The notes under the pieces are model-generated. The model made no database searches and was not told the DNA's origin. It was given only the letters and a program-made list of their open reading frames with translations. 64,000 bases of DNA, from the NCBI GenBank assembly GCA_965153355.1, contig OZ231126.1, positions 24,056,001 to 24,120,000 of the forward strand. The letters are read 5' to 3'. Numbering within the stretch: position 1 is the stretch's first letter; each line of letters begins with the position of its first letter. The stretch comes from Flaccisagitta enflata (taxonomy: Eukaryota). Positions 44,714-58,238 of the stretch are shown here, in pieces. Both the position numbers and the translations under genes were made by a program.

Positions 44714-46696
44714 TTGTTATGGTCCCACGAGAAAGTGAGCAAAGTGAGTAAGCAAGCGTGTGAAGGAAGTGAGCAAGCAAGCGAACTAAGCATACCAAAG
44801 CGTGAAATTGTAAAGCGAGTGAGCAAAATGTGCAGAGTGAAGGATGCGAGCGAACGAAAGTAGCGAGCGACTGAATGCCCAATTTGAAATGTGATTGTCT
44901 TTGACTAGAAACGCGCCCTTCCTCTTTGCCAACTTCATCGTCCAGTTGGAGTATAGAAATAAATTACCGACTCGTTCCATGCGTATTCCATATCTCCATT
45001 ACCCTGCGAGGAAAATTAAGACACAAATTCCATTTTGTCCTTAATGAATCGGCGTGTGTTTGTGACTGATATATAAGTCACCGGACAGTAGCGATGTGTT
45101 TTTTTTTCTAGACTGCTTCTTTCTAGCTATTTCCTTGACAAATTAAACCCAAAGCTTTCACTTCCTTTAATCCTGCAACAAGAATGATTTTTCTCTCACA
45201 AAACGTATCACATGTGCCTTGCAACCCTTGCTGCATTCGCTTGTAACTTGTACCTCATACTACCCTGATCTTTTTCATCGTTCCTACTTACCCTAATCTA
45301 ACCAACCATACTTCCCATCATTTTCACCATCCCACATCTTAACTCCCTACTTTCCCTACCTTCCACCACTCGACCTTTGAGCGGCTCAACTTTCTTTCTT
45401 GCCCAAAGGCAGATTTTTCCATTTACCTTTCGCATTCTCCATCTCTGGCAGCAGCGACAGAAAGCAGCGGACAGCTGCAGCAAACAAGACGAGAATCAAC
45501 ATCAGCTGCCGCGACAGCAGCGAACTCCATCAGCAGCAGCCAACAACAACGACGGCGACAACAACAACAACTCTCGGGCCGGTGAAGGAGTGGCAGCGGC
45601 GGCAGAGGCGACAGCTGCGGCAGTAACAGCAGCAGCGGCCGCAGCGGCGGCAGGCTGAGAAAAAGCGGCAAAGACCGCCGGAGTCGCGGAGGAAGAATCA
45701 CAATGAACGAATGTTCGCCCATAAATTCATTAGAAAAGGAAATGGTGAGAATCAGCGGGTGTCCAGGTGGTCGACAATGGAACCAAGGGAAAGTGGTGGT
45801 GTCAGGGAGGTTGGTTGGTGAGGATGGTTGATGGGGATGGTTGGTGTCCCGTTGGTCGACAATGTAGCCAAGTGAGGATGGTTGATGTCGATGATCTGTT
45901 GGAATGGTTGGTGTTCAAGTGGTGGACAGTGCTGCTTCCCAGTTTAACTTATTCGGATTTAGTTGGCATAATGGTTTTAGATGTATCCTGTCCAAGTGGA
46001 ATGCGTTGTAAATTGTTGGATTATGGCAGTTCTAAGAACGGTTTATAAGGATACAAATGGAAATCAAAAATGTCCTGATGGCTTAGCACAGTTGAAATAA
46101 GAATGAAATAAGATGTTGCTAAGGTAGTGCTGTTGGAATCGTATGAGGGGAGGGACATCTTCGTGGGGGTAGACATCATGAGATGACCAAAAAAATCCGT
46201 AGTTAACTGGGAGGGAGTGGCATCAATTACTCGGAGTTGTAAGGTGACCGTGGATTGGAATGGTAGTAGGTTTGTTTGCTTGTTCCTTGAGTTAAGTGGC
46301 ATGCAAATGCAACTTCAATCTCACGCTGTTCTGTCACCTTGTGTTGTATCAGGAAGTGATGCACACAAGCACACTTGGTAACATCCTAACTAAAGTAAAA
46401 AAGAGAGATAACGATCACGAAAACATATACAAACACTCAGCAACTCGCACAAATCATGATCAATTCTTTTCTCTCAGCAGCCAAATGGTTTTGTCACAAA
46501 AACATAACAAGGCTCCGCGAAGAAATCCTGATAGAGAGTGAGATATTTCCGGCATAAATCATGTAAACAACTTTTTCCTCAAGAATTGCATCACGTGACG
46601 TCACGTGACCTCAGAAGGAAAATGTGACGTCATCAATTTTTCATCAAAAGAGGTTATGCTATGTATGAAAGTGAGGGCAAGATTCCGAGAGGATGT

Positions 46697-46838
<142 letters not shown>

Positions 46839-46972
46839 GGAAGAAACTGAAAGACAAAGAATGAACGGCAGACCGACAAACAATAAGTCATGCGAAGGAC
46901 AGAAAAAGATGAAACGAGAAAGATGAAAATATGGAGTCAGGTTTTCAAAGTGGTACAGCAAATTTACGAAAA

Positions 46973-47453
46973 AACAAGTGACGCGGGGTCACAATACCGT
47001 TGCGGACGGGTGGGCAGGGGCATCAACCCTCATCCACACCCCAACGCACCTCCAACACTCAAACGTGCACAAAAAGTATCGAAAACGCCCGTTTTCAACT
47101 CGATCACCATGACAGACGAACGGATGGACGGACGGACGGACGGACGGACGGACGGACGGACGGACGGGCGGACGGACGGACGGGCGGACGGACGGACGGA
47201 CGGGCGGACGGACGAATAAAGCCTCTTATAGAGTTGCGTGTTCGCAATTAAAAAATATGGCCGAATACACGGCTACCCCTGTCGCGCGCAGATGGGCAGG
47301 GGCAATACTTAAGTTACTGGAGCCATGGAGCGTTTGGTCGAGAGAAGAGGCCAGAGAGCTCTAAAACATGAAAAAAACAGGACCAACTGACCGACGGACG
47401 GACGGATGGACGGACATAGCGGGGTGTATAGTCGCATAGTACGCAACTAAAAA
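46973..47453 (-). mobile_element. Two adjacent HINE-like family 1 elements (46973-47255 and ~47255-47453)
   Basis: Each has the GGGCAGGGGC block, (GACG)n and a terminal hairpin plus A-run. Confidence 0.7.
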
Positions 47454-48133
47454 TTAGGATAAAAAAAAAAACTAGATAAAGAAATCAAGAAGGCATCCCA
47501 AAACGTTGATGCTTAGATGATAGTCAACCGCATCACAAAAAAAGAAAAAAAAACGAAACAAAACAAAACAAACAGGACAGTAAGGAGAAAAAAAAGATAG
47601 AAAATGAAGGCAGTTGAATGTTTCTTTTGTTTCACCCCGACGAGAATAAATGCGTTATTCGACTTTTTTTCTCCTTTGCGCGCCGCGGGTCGTCGCCACC
47701 CGCGCGCTCGAAGAGAGAGAAGCGGTCTTTTCTATTTTTCATTTTCCCCAAGAACAAAAGTCATCGTTTTCCATGAATAATTTCACCTTCCAGCCGCCAG
47801 GTTTCCTCCTGATTGCTTTTCCAACCGAATTTCCACCCACTAAATCTTCATGAAAAATTCAACAAAATTTCGCCAACCAATTTCTTTTTTCTTCGCTTCT
47901 TTCTTTTAGGTTTTTTTTCTTTTTTAAACTGCGTTCTCCATATTCTGCTTATCTTCTCCCCCCCCCCTTTCCTTCCCTCACTCTCGCTGCGTCCAATCAC
48001 TTTTGTCCATCAATCATTCAATCTTTGCCCCATCTGTATATTGATACTTCTTTTCATGTCTTCTTTTCTTGAATTACTTCTTTTTCTTGACATCTTGAGT
48101 CTGTTTTTTCTCTCCAAACTTGTTTGTTGTCCT

Positions 48134-48401
<268 letters not shown>

Positions 48402-48639
48402 TTCTTTTGCCCTGAAAAATTTGTGGAACGGAAAAATGGAGCAAATGAAATGGTGCAAGAAACAGAAGTCGAAAAATTTTTGAGGGTGAGAAGAGTAAAG
48501 ATGAAAAAGAAAGGATACGATGGGTGCTAAAGAGCTGGCTGGAGTTGATTTCTCTTTACTAACGGTTGCGATATAGGAGGAGATCTGATTATTCTATTTC
48601 CCCCTTTTCTTATTCAATATTTTTTCTGTTCTTTAAAAT

Positions 48640-48822
48640 AACAAGGCCGGATACACGGCCACCAGTTGCGGATGGGTGGGCAGGGGCGGATATTTGCGTT
48701 TTCCCACTTTTCAACTCGCGCTGACGGACGGACGGACGGACGGACGGACGGACGGACGGACGGACGGACGGAAGGACGGACGGACAAAGCCTCTTATAGA
48801 GTTGCGTGTCCGCAACTGAAAA
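48640..48822 (-). mobile_element. HINE-like element, family 1 short variant
   Basis: Reverse-complement match to 26057-26207 with a longer (GACG)n. Confidence 0.75.
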
Positions 48823-49627
48823 GAGCAAAAAAGAGATCACAGCCCAACTCACAGCCAAGATTTGAAATTGAAATTCTTCTCCCAGGTCAAATGAGTAATT
48901 CAAAGATTATAAAAGGAAGCACTTGGCTCTTTGATCGAAAGCCTGGAAGAGGTGACGGGACAGCAATGTGGGTATCACTTCGATTTGCATATTGTATAGA
49001 TTGCAAAATATTAAAAATGAAAGGAGACGTTAAAGCTGAATAAGGTAACTGTTTGAATGACAAGCTTGCTGTGCGTGTGCGTTTTTGTACATCAACATTG
49101 AGTCATTCAAAAAGTTTTGTGAAAACGATAACTCTTCAGCAAAAGACATTTTTCAATTCCGTCTTTTTCTGAACGTTGAAACAAATTTGATAAAAAAGAA
49201 CTTAACTTTACAACTCGGTCCCGTTGTCGGTTGCCCACATTGCTGGATATCCGATACTATTTAAAGCGTTCCCGTGCCGTCGGACTAGTCTGGCGTCAGT
49301 TGTGGGTAACGTATCTCCCAATTCCACTGCCTGACGATGAAGTACTTGTGTAACTATCGGGGTACAGCCTCATACGGTGCAAGTGGAGATCTTGGATCAG
49401 AACAATCAGAAAGTAAAGCAAATTGAAATGACGCTTACAACAGAAGCCTTTACTTTTCCACTTGACGCTTGGCAGAGCCAGAGGCATCGGGACGTGCGCC
49501 AATAGTCATTTGTCGGTCTGCAATTGTCATTTTGCCATTTATCAACGCGTGACGCAATTTGGTGCGTTTGTTGTCGGATGCGCAAACGCCAACCGGCCGA
49601 GTTTGTCATTTCGCAAAGAGAGAGAGA

Positions 49628-49669
<42 letters not shown>

Positions 49670-50561
49670 GCTTGTGCGATTGCGTAGAAGCAAAGAAACG
49701 GGGCGACAATCGAAGCAGCTTTTTCCATTCTCTCGATTACCTTGATCTAGATTTTTCCGATTCCATGACTTTTCCCACTCCTGCTCTGTTTTTTCTTTCT
49801 TTCTTTTCTTCTTTCTTTTATTCATCTATTTGCAATTTTTTCTGTCTCTTTCTGTGTTCCTTTTTTTGTTCCATCCACCGTATCAATCCATACAAGATTT
49901 GTTATACCGTTAACCCTTCCTGATGTTCTTTTTTTTTTCTTTTTGTTCAAGCGGTCCCCACTGACTGGCCCACAGATGGCGACAAAATGCCTCGATTATA
50001 ACTGTGTCAATGTAGGCAATGAGGAAAAGGAAAAGACAAAAAAGACAATAAAATCAAAGACAAAACAATGTTGTACCTCAGCCGAGGCTTTGGACTCGCA
50101 GGAGAAAGGGTAAAACAAAATATTACCCTTAATTCTGGCCGGTTTAGGCCCCATCACCGTTTCCCAAAGTACAACAAATAAATTGAGACAAAAATACAAA
50201 AACATAAAAATATGAAAGAAGATAGGTGAAGGAGACAGCAGCTTAGCAAGAGCAGAAATGAAAACTAAAGAGTGAAGGACTGAAGAGGAAGAGGAAAGGT
50301 TTGGTCAAAGAGAAAGAGTGGTCAAGAAAAGCCTGGTCAGAATGACAGAGGTCCTAAATTAGGAGAGGCAGAGGTTATGAAATGAAATGGAAAAAAACAT
50401 AAGGTAGTGAAATATGACAGAGGTCTTAGAGTGGTTATGAAATGAAATAAAAACCTAAGGTGGTAAAACATGAGGATTGGAATGCGCAAATCTATAAATA
50501 GTTCAAAGAGATTGTACAGATTACATAGATTACAAAAATAGTTCACATATTTTATTAAAAC

Positions 50562-50833
50562 AAAGATTGAGCCTGCTATATGAATAGACCAGGCCCAAAT
50601 TTCACCAAAAATACAATTTCTTATACATTTTTTACATATATATATAAATATATAAAGATTGAGCCTGCTATATGAATAGACCAGGCCCAAATTTCATCAA
50701 TTACAATTTTTTATACATTTTTTACATATATATATAAATATATACAAAGATTGAGCCTGCTATATGAATAGACCAGGCCCAAATTTCCCCAAAATTACAA
50801 TTTTTTTTTTTTTTTACATTTTTTACATATATA
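50562..50833. repeat. ~92-bp tandem repeat, 3 copies
   Basis: AAGATTGAGCCTGCTATATGAATAGACCAGGCCCAAATTTC occurs three times. Confidence 0.9.
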
Positions 50834-50881
50834 GACACAATCGTAGCAATTACCCGTCCATCTGTCTGTTTGGCTTGGATC

Positions 50882-51070
50882 TTTTAGTCGCGTGCACGCG
50901 ACTCTACAACCCGCTTTGTCCGTCTGTCGGTCGGTCGGTTGGTCACACTTTACTTTTTTTATGATTTCATTTCTTTGACCTCACTGCTCCTGCCCAAAAG
51001 GTCTGGTGACCTAAATTATGGCCCTTGCTCACCCGCACGCGACTTCGGTAGCCGTGTATCCGGCCTTGTT
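50882..51070 (+). mobile_element. HINE-like element, family 1
   Basis: TTTTAGTCGCGTGCACGCGACT ... GTCG ... CACGCGACT..GCCGTGTATCCGGCCTTGTT. Confidence 0.78.
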
Positions 51071-52242
51071 TTCGTCAGATCAGAGCACCTTGTTTTTCAC
51101 TATCATGAGATCACAGCACCTTGCCGTAACGTAATGGCATCGATTGGACTTTTTCAACATGATTTGAAGTTTTTTTGTTTATTTGCTTATCAAATACACA
51201 ATAGCCCAGAAAAATATGCGTGTTTGTATTGATTCCCGCACAAAACTTGAATGTCTGAAAGAGTGCATCAATTGTCTTGCTTGTATCTGATGGCTTTTCA
51301 CATTTTCTCTTCCTGCCTTTTTTGTTTCGGTTCCGCGGCTTCAGGCCTGCCATTCTTTTTATTCTTATCCGCTCTTAATTGAGTTTTCCCCCTCTAATGA
51401 TTCAATTTCGTTTCCTCTATCTGTTTGACGCTTCCAATGAATATTAATGGTCTTTTCAAAATTTATTCAATTATACTTTCTGTTTTTTTCTCGCGTCGAA
51501 GGAAAAAAAGAAGAATGGAAGGGCTTCAAAGGCCCGTTCTCCGCAGCTCCTGACAACGGCGATAATTTCTCGGCTTTTTTTTTTTTTATTTGTTTTTATT
51601 TGTTTTTTTTTTTTTTGTTTTTTTTTTTTGATACTTTTCCCCCTCGCATTATATCATTACAGACCAGCAAGATTGTTTATCTGTGCTTTGTTAACAATCT
51701 CCTACTTTGGAGTTCGACTGTAGTTGTTTGTTCCATCTCTCCACTCATCTTTACCAACGTACCAAATTCTTTAGGAGATGGAGGTGGTTAAAAACGTAAA
51801 GCCGAGTAGGCAGGGACTTTCTCTGAAGCTGAGGGCTTCCTAGACTATAATGAAGGTAAATTGGGGTTTTTAGGTCGGATTTTACCGCTTTGGGGCTACA
51901 CCTTTAGCATGGGGTCTCTCAGATCATGGTGCTTTCCTGTTGAAACAAAGGCATGGAGTAACACTAGGAGGGTTAAAAAACGCATCAATATTTCTTTTTG
52001 TTTGGTTTCTTTTCTTCTAAATCTCTTTTTTCTTTCTTTTTTATTTTCCCTCTATTTTTCACAGACGTAGGCAAAGTCGAAATTTCAATCAGAGCAAAAG
52101 CATTTCTCTGCGCCTCTCTTTTTTATTAACTCGTTCGCATTTCTCTTGTCTTTCTTAATGGATATCATTTGCACTTTTTTTTCTATTCTTGCACTTGTGT
52201 CATTATTCACCTTTTGTTTTCACATGGGTTCGCATCAGCGTC

Positions 52243-52339
<97 letters not shown>

Positions 52340-53825
52340 ACATATATTCTCCCACGCCATCTGGCTTGCGTGTTACTTGGCGAGTGCGCGCGCTTTTTTG
52401 CGTGTAAATGCACATGGATCCTTCAACTTTCAGCTTGTAAAACAAAAGAGAAATATGAAGGTTGGAATGAATGTACTGCAAAAGAAAAGGGAAAAAATGA
52501 AAATTTTCAAAAGAAAACTCAATCTTTCTAATGATTTTTCTGGGGGAAGGAACTGTGTATGTGTGCGTGTGAGAGAGAGTAAGAATCTTCCTCCGTCTTT
52601 CTTTGCTTTCATCCTTTCTTTTTTTTTCCTATCTTTTCACTTTTGGTCTTCTTTGGCCTCAGAATGGATAAAATAGAGGAGAAATACGTTTTCGCTCTCT
52701 TTTGAATATTCATGAAGGGAGGAAGGAGACCAAAAAAAAAAAAAGAAAAAAAAAAAGAGAGAGAGAGAAGAAGAAGGGGACAAGAGAAGAGAAAAGTTTT
52801 GCCTTTTGATGAAGGAGAATTTCCCTCATAACTCATTCGGATCCTCTCTGTCTCTGTCTATCTATCTCTGTCTCTTTCATTCTTCTCCTCTCCCTGTCTT
52901 TCTCTTCACATATTCGCGCCTGGTGGTGGTTTAGTCATAAACCATCAGCCGCGACATATACGTCATCTTCCCCCTTCCACTCCGCTTGATTCACTGGCGG
53001 CAGAACCTGTTGCCGACACAACTTCTTATTCTAATTTTCCCATGTTTTTTTTCTTTCTTCGTCATTGTTTACCTTAATTGAAAGTGAGCGTTGGAATTCT
53101 TAGCTGTCGCAGCCAGTAAAACCTACGGATGAAGAATTCACGATAAAACCCATCATTCATGATTCTGTGCGTATTTCTTTTCCATTTTTCTTTCCTCTTT
53201 CTTTTGCAGAATTGCGGAAGAAGGATGGAGCTCTGGATTTAGATGGCTTTTTCATTTCGCTGGTGTATTTACCTTTTTTCTTCTTGTTTTCCCCATTTTC
53301 TTTACTCTTCCCGCTTTCCTCTCGTCTCCAACTCCTTTTTTCACTCGAGTAAATGCGACTCTATATTCTATAACCTGCAATGTCTGTCAGACTGTTAGAA
53401 TGTCTGTCGGCAAAATAGTCCAGTTCCAGGCCTTTACGGGTGAATTTTGTATCACCGCCCCTGCCCAAATTCTGATCGTCCTATTACCTATATCAACTGC
53501 CCCTGCCTAACTGCAGGTAAGTACCCGTGTACCCGGCCCTGTTTTTTTTTCAACCCTCTCTCTTCGCCAATCCAACCTCTCTTCTTTTTCTTCTCTGCCT
53601 CTCCCAGCTCAAGCCTCTTTTGCTCCGTTTTGCTTATCACCTCCTTTTTCAGCTTTGTTCTCTTCTCTTGCCTTTATCTCGACTTTCCTCTTTGCCTTTC
53701 CAAGACAAATCTATTTTGGGTTCTTACTTCAGGGTTCTTCTATTTGCTTGGAGCAAAAGAGAAATAGAGAAAAATTCATCACACACACACACACTCGCAC
53801 ACATACACTCGCTTGAAAAACGGTA

Positions 53826-54587
53826 CACCGTCTTTAAATCGAAATGGCAAATAGTAAACCTTTGTAGCTCCAAAACTACTAGCCCAAAAGCCTTCAAATT
53901 TTCAGTGAATGTTGGTAACAACTGACCATTTTGTTATGTCCAAACTCAAATTTTGATACTGAATGGTTTGGGGTACGTAAAACAAACAAAATATGCCCAA
54001 TTTTCAGGGCTGAATCTTTTTTTCTTGCTTTATTTGAGAAGACTTGTCTTTATAGATGTACAGATGTCAAAAAAAATGAGCTAGAACTCCAGGGTTGGTC
54101 TTAAATGATAAGAAATTTTTCAGAGATTATACACTTTCCTCAAAAATTGAAAAAAGTTAGATATAAATTGAGGTTATCATTGGTTTTTGACAATCATTGC
54201 TAAAAGCCAGACTGTCAATCATTTGAAAATCGTTCAAATCTTCATAAATACAATAGAATAATAAAATTTTCCAGCAGAACTTATATTTATGATTTGTAAC
54301 TCTTCATTTAAGACCAACCCACGGTTCAGGCTTGCTTAATCAGGAAAAGTGCAATAATAGAAAAAAGATTCTTCCAAGTATAGCTGGGATAAATTGATTT
54401 TTTTCCATAAAATTAAAAGCTTTTTAATGCTTTAATGACCCCCAACCAATTCAGTTATAAAGTCTGAGTTTTGGCATAACAAAATGGTCAGTTATTACCA
54501 ACATTCACTGAAAATTTGAAGGCTTTTGGGCTTGTAGTTTTGGAGCTACAAAGGTTTACTATTTGCCATTTCGATTTAAAGACGGTG
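53826..54587. mobile_element. TA-flanked MITE with long TIRs (762 bp; Tc1/mariner-like)
   Basis: CACCGTCTTTAAATCGAAATGGC... inverted repeat, near perfect over >110 bp and recognisable to ~150 bp; TA at 53824-53825 and 54588-54589. Confidence 0.9.
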
Positions 54588-55653
54588 TAAAAGAAAAAAA
54601 AAACAGACTGGAGAATGAAAGAAGAAGGTGAAAGACAAAAAAAAAAAACGTTTTTGCACAAAAAGGTAATAAAATACGGAGGAGCGAGAGAAAACGGGGG
54701 AGCAAATGGTGAATCAGATTTTGAGGGTAGATGAGTTTTATCGCTGAGGGTATGGGCAGTTACAATTCTGCGTATGATAGATCAAATTTGTTGATGAATT
54801 TTAGCAGTATTTTTCATGAATCATCGTTAGTGCATAAATCTTTTTATGCATCGTGATAAGTTAAAGTGAAGGCTGCGAGCAGTGCCTGTGTGTTTTGCTA
54901 TTCTGTATCTTTAAGATTGTTTAGATTTCTTTAATTCAAACATTTCTTCCCATTTTCTTACCGTCAGTGTCTAGACTCAGGAGAGACTGAACTCTTTCCG
55001 CGTTGCTGAACCAGACTGTACATCTTCCCCATCCCCTTCCTTAACGTGTCTAAGTTCCCCTTAGCCCCTCCACCCACTCCTCCCCCCTCCTACCCGTTTT
55101 TTTCCTTTCCTCGGGCTTCTTTTTCTCATTTTCCCGTCTCCGCCTCCTACTCGCACGCACGTGGACATGTGATGAAGAACACGTGAACATGTTGATGGCG
55201 CGCACGTGACTCCGAGATGAGTGGAGCGCCAACATGTTGATGACGCGCTCTTGATCGGATCTCCACGTATTTGCACGTATTTGCACGCAAACTTACACGC
55301 ACGAATTCGTGACGGACGGAAATGAAAATGTGCGGGGGCGCAAACATTCTATCTAAGATGAGGACCTGTCTCATCTCGTTCTTCGTCCTTTTCCCGTCGA
55401 CCCAAAGCTTGTCATGGCGCAGCGCCAGAAACTCTCGCCTCCCCTTCCTTCCTTTTTGCCTGCCCTTCCTTACCTCTTACCTCCCTTTCTCATCATATAT
55501 TTTTTTCGTTTCTCTGCCTCCTTGACTGAAATCATGCATATCCATCATCTCAGCTTTCTCGTTTCTTCTGTTTCAATATCTGAACAAAGTCTCAATTGTT
55601 TCTCCCGGTCGACCGCTGTGCATCCACCTTGCCATTCCCATATCCACTCACAC

Positions 55654-55897
55654 TTTTTAGTCGCGTGCTACACGACTCTACACCCCGCTTTGTCGGTCCG
55701 TCGGTCCGTCGGTCCGTCCGTCGGTCCGTCGGTCCGTCGGTCCGTCCGTCCGTCCGTCGGTCCGTCCGTCACACTTTACTTTTTTGGTTTTTTTGCGGTT
55801 TTTGGCCTCACTGCCCCTGCCCAAATGATGGAGTGACCTTAATTATGGCCCCTGCCCACCCGCACGCGACTGGGGTAGCCGTGTATCCGGCCTTGTT
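55654..55897 (+). mobile_element. HINE-like element, family 1
   Basis: Full layout: T-run, 5' hairpin, (GTCY)n, subTIR, stem-loop, CTTGTT. Confidence 0.8.
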
Positions 55898-57304
55898 CCC
55901 TCTACTATTCGCTTTCTACCATAACCCCTCCTTCTTCTTTTCATCCATTTTCTCTTTTTTCCTCTCCCTTTTTTCCTTTTTTCCTTTTACCCTTAACTTC
56001 TCTTTTTCTCCTTTTCTCTTTTTCTCTTTTTCTCTTTTTCTCTTTTTCTCTTTTTCTCTTTTTCTTTTTTTCTTTTTTTCTTTTTTTCTCTTTCCTTTCT
56101 TCTTTTCCTTCTTCTCCTTCTTCTCCTTCTTCTCCTTCTTTTCCTTCTTTTCCCTCTTTTCCTTCTTTTCCTTCTTTTCCTTCTTTTCCTTCTTTTCCTT
56201 CTTTCTCTCTTATCTCATTCACTGTTGGCCCGCCTTCCCGCCATCGTTGCTTTTCTTCAAGTGGATTCTTTTCCGAGCACAAAAATGAAATGGTTCTCCG
56301 GAATTCCTTCCGGCCGCGTGAGACGACCAACCAACTAACACAGCAACCATCTAACCAATCAACTCGGCAAGCAAGCAAGGAAGCAAGCGAGCGAGCGAGA
56401 GAGCAAGCAAGCAAAGAAAGAAAAAAAGAGAAGAAAACACACAGATTGACCAAGGAATCAACAATCTAAATAAACAAAGAACTAAAGAACCAAGAAACGA
56501 ACCAGGTAGCCAATGAAGTATGGATCCATTAAATCATTGAATGATGTTTCTCAGAAAAACAGTAATGCTATCGATTGTGTTGCAAGGCGCTGTCAGATAT
56601 GAATTACAATCACAATCGTCAAACATGATTGTTATTCGCAACTTGATGACAAAGATAGAAAGATGGTGCCGTGGTAATGGTGATTTGCTTTGCCGTTTCC
56701 ATATTTTCTTTATCTTCCTATCACTTCATTCAACTGGTCTTTCCTCAAAATTTTCATCATGGCTGCGGAAACGCACGCCCATTGCATACCATCGTATGGG
56801 TTCCTTTCCTTTTCTCCATCTTTCCACGCCCAGTTCTCTTTTTTTTCTCCATCTTCTTCTTTTACTCTCCTTCTATCCCTTTTCTATTTCTTTTTCGCCT
56901 TTTTTTTCAAATGCCTCTTGTTCGTCTGTCTGTTTATCTGCCTTTTTGTCCTGCCTTAATCTATTTCTTATCTCCTTCTTTTCTTTCTTTCTTACTTGTT
57001 CTTTCTTTCTTTCTTTTTTCTCCTCTTTCGACCTCCTTCCTTCCTTCCTTCCTTCCTTCCTTCCTTCCTTCCTTCCTTCCTTCCTTCCTTCCTTTCTTCT
57101 TTCCTTCCTTCCATGCTTCTTTCCTTCCTTCCTTTGTTCTTTTCTTTCTCCCTTTCTTGCCTTCTTTCTTCCTTCCTTCCCTTTTTAGCTCTCTCTACAC
57201 CCGTCCTTTTCCTTCTCTCAGTTTTGTACTCTACTTTCGTGCTGCAATTGCGTTTGTGCACGTGCTGAGGCCAGATGTCGCTTTATCCACGCAGATGATA
57301 ATGC

Positions 57305-57398
<94 letters not shown>

Positions 57399-57972
57399 GG
57401 GGGAATTCCGAGGGTCAGTGGGCGTGGTCTTCATGAGATCGTCCTTGACGAGAAACTCGGCTCTTAAACCTTCTTCGAGGGAAACATGGGAGATTGCAAG
57501 CAACAGACGGATCGCTGACGAAAGACAAGATGCCGACAAAACACCGACAAAAAATGACGGAAAGAGCCGACAAATGCCGACAAAACACTGACAAAAAAAT
57601 GACGGAAAGAGCGGACAAGTGCCGGTAAAACATGTAAGGATGTAGGGGGTCTTCGGCGTGTTTTTAAGCTGTTGCCCTTTTTTTATTTACATCTTGAACA
57701 TTAGAATAGTCGCATTATCTCAAGTCATGCCTGATATGTGATGTCATCTGATAAGAAGAAATGGAGTAAGAACCTGCAATGGAAATCATTATCAAAGTGG
57801 ATGTCATTAAGGGCTTCAAAGCTACTTGTTGTACAACCACCTCCTTCACCCTAGCACCCCTCATAGAGCAGGTAGAGATTCCTTGATCAACCATCAAACT
57901 CGTCAATCTTTAAGTTGGAGTTGCAGAACTACCAGAAACGAAAATGTGGAGTGTTCTTTATTATACACTATG

Positions 57973-58171
57973 AACAAGGCCGGATACACGGCTACCCAAG
58001 TCGCGTGCGGGTGGACAGGGGCGGTGATAAAATAGATCAACCTAGCAGTTGGGCATCAGCCATAACCCCCAAACCGGCTGTAAACGTCAAAAAAACAAAG
58101 TGTGACGGATGGACGGACCGACGATCTGACTGACGGACAGAGCGGGTTGTAGAGTCGCGTGCACGCGAATA
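57973..58171 (-). mobile_element. HINE-like element, family 1
   Basis: AACAAGGCCGGATACACGGCTACCCAAGTCGCGTG ... AGTCGCGTGCACGCGA. Confidence 0.75.
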
Positions 58172-58179
58172 GAAAGTAA

Positions 58180-58238
<59 letters not shown>

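Noticed and set aside
49910-51974. piggyBac-like element between TTAACCCT and AGGGTTAA
   Set aside because: Terminal match is only about 4 bp beyond TTAA; no subterminal repeats or empty-site evidence.
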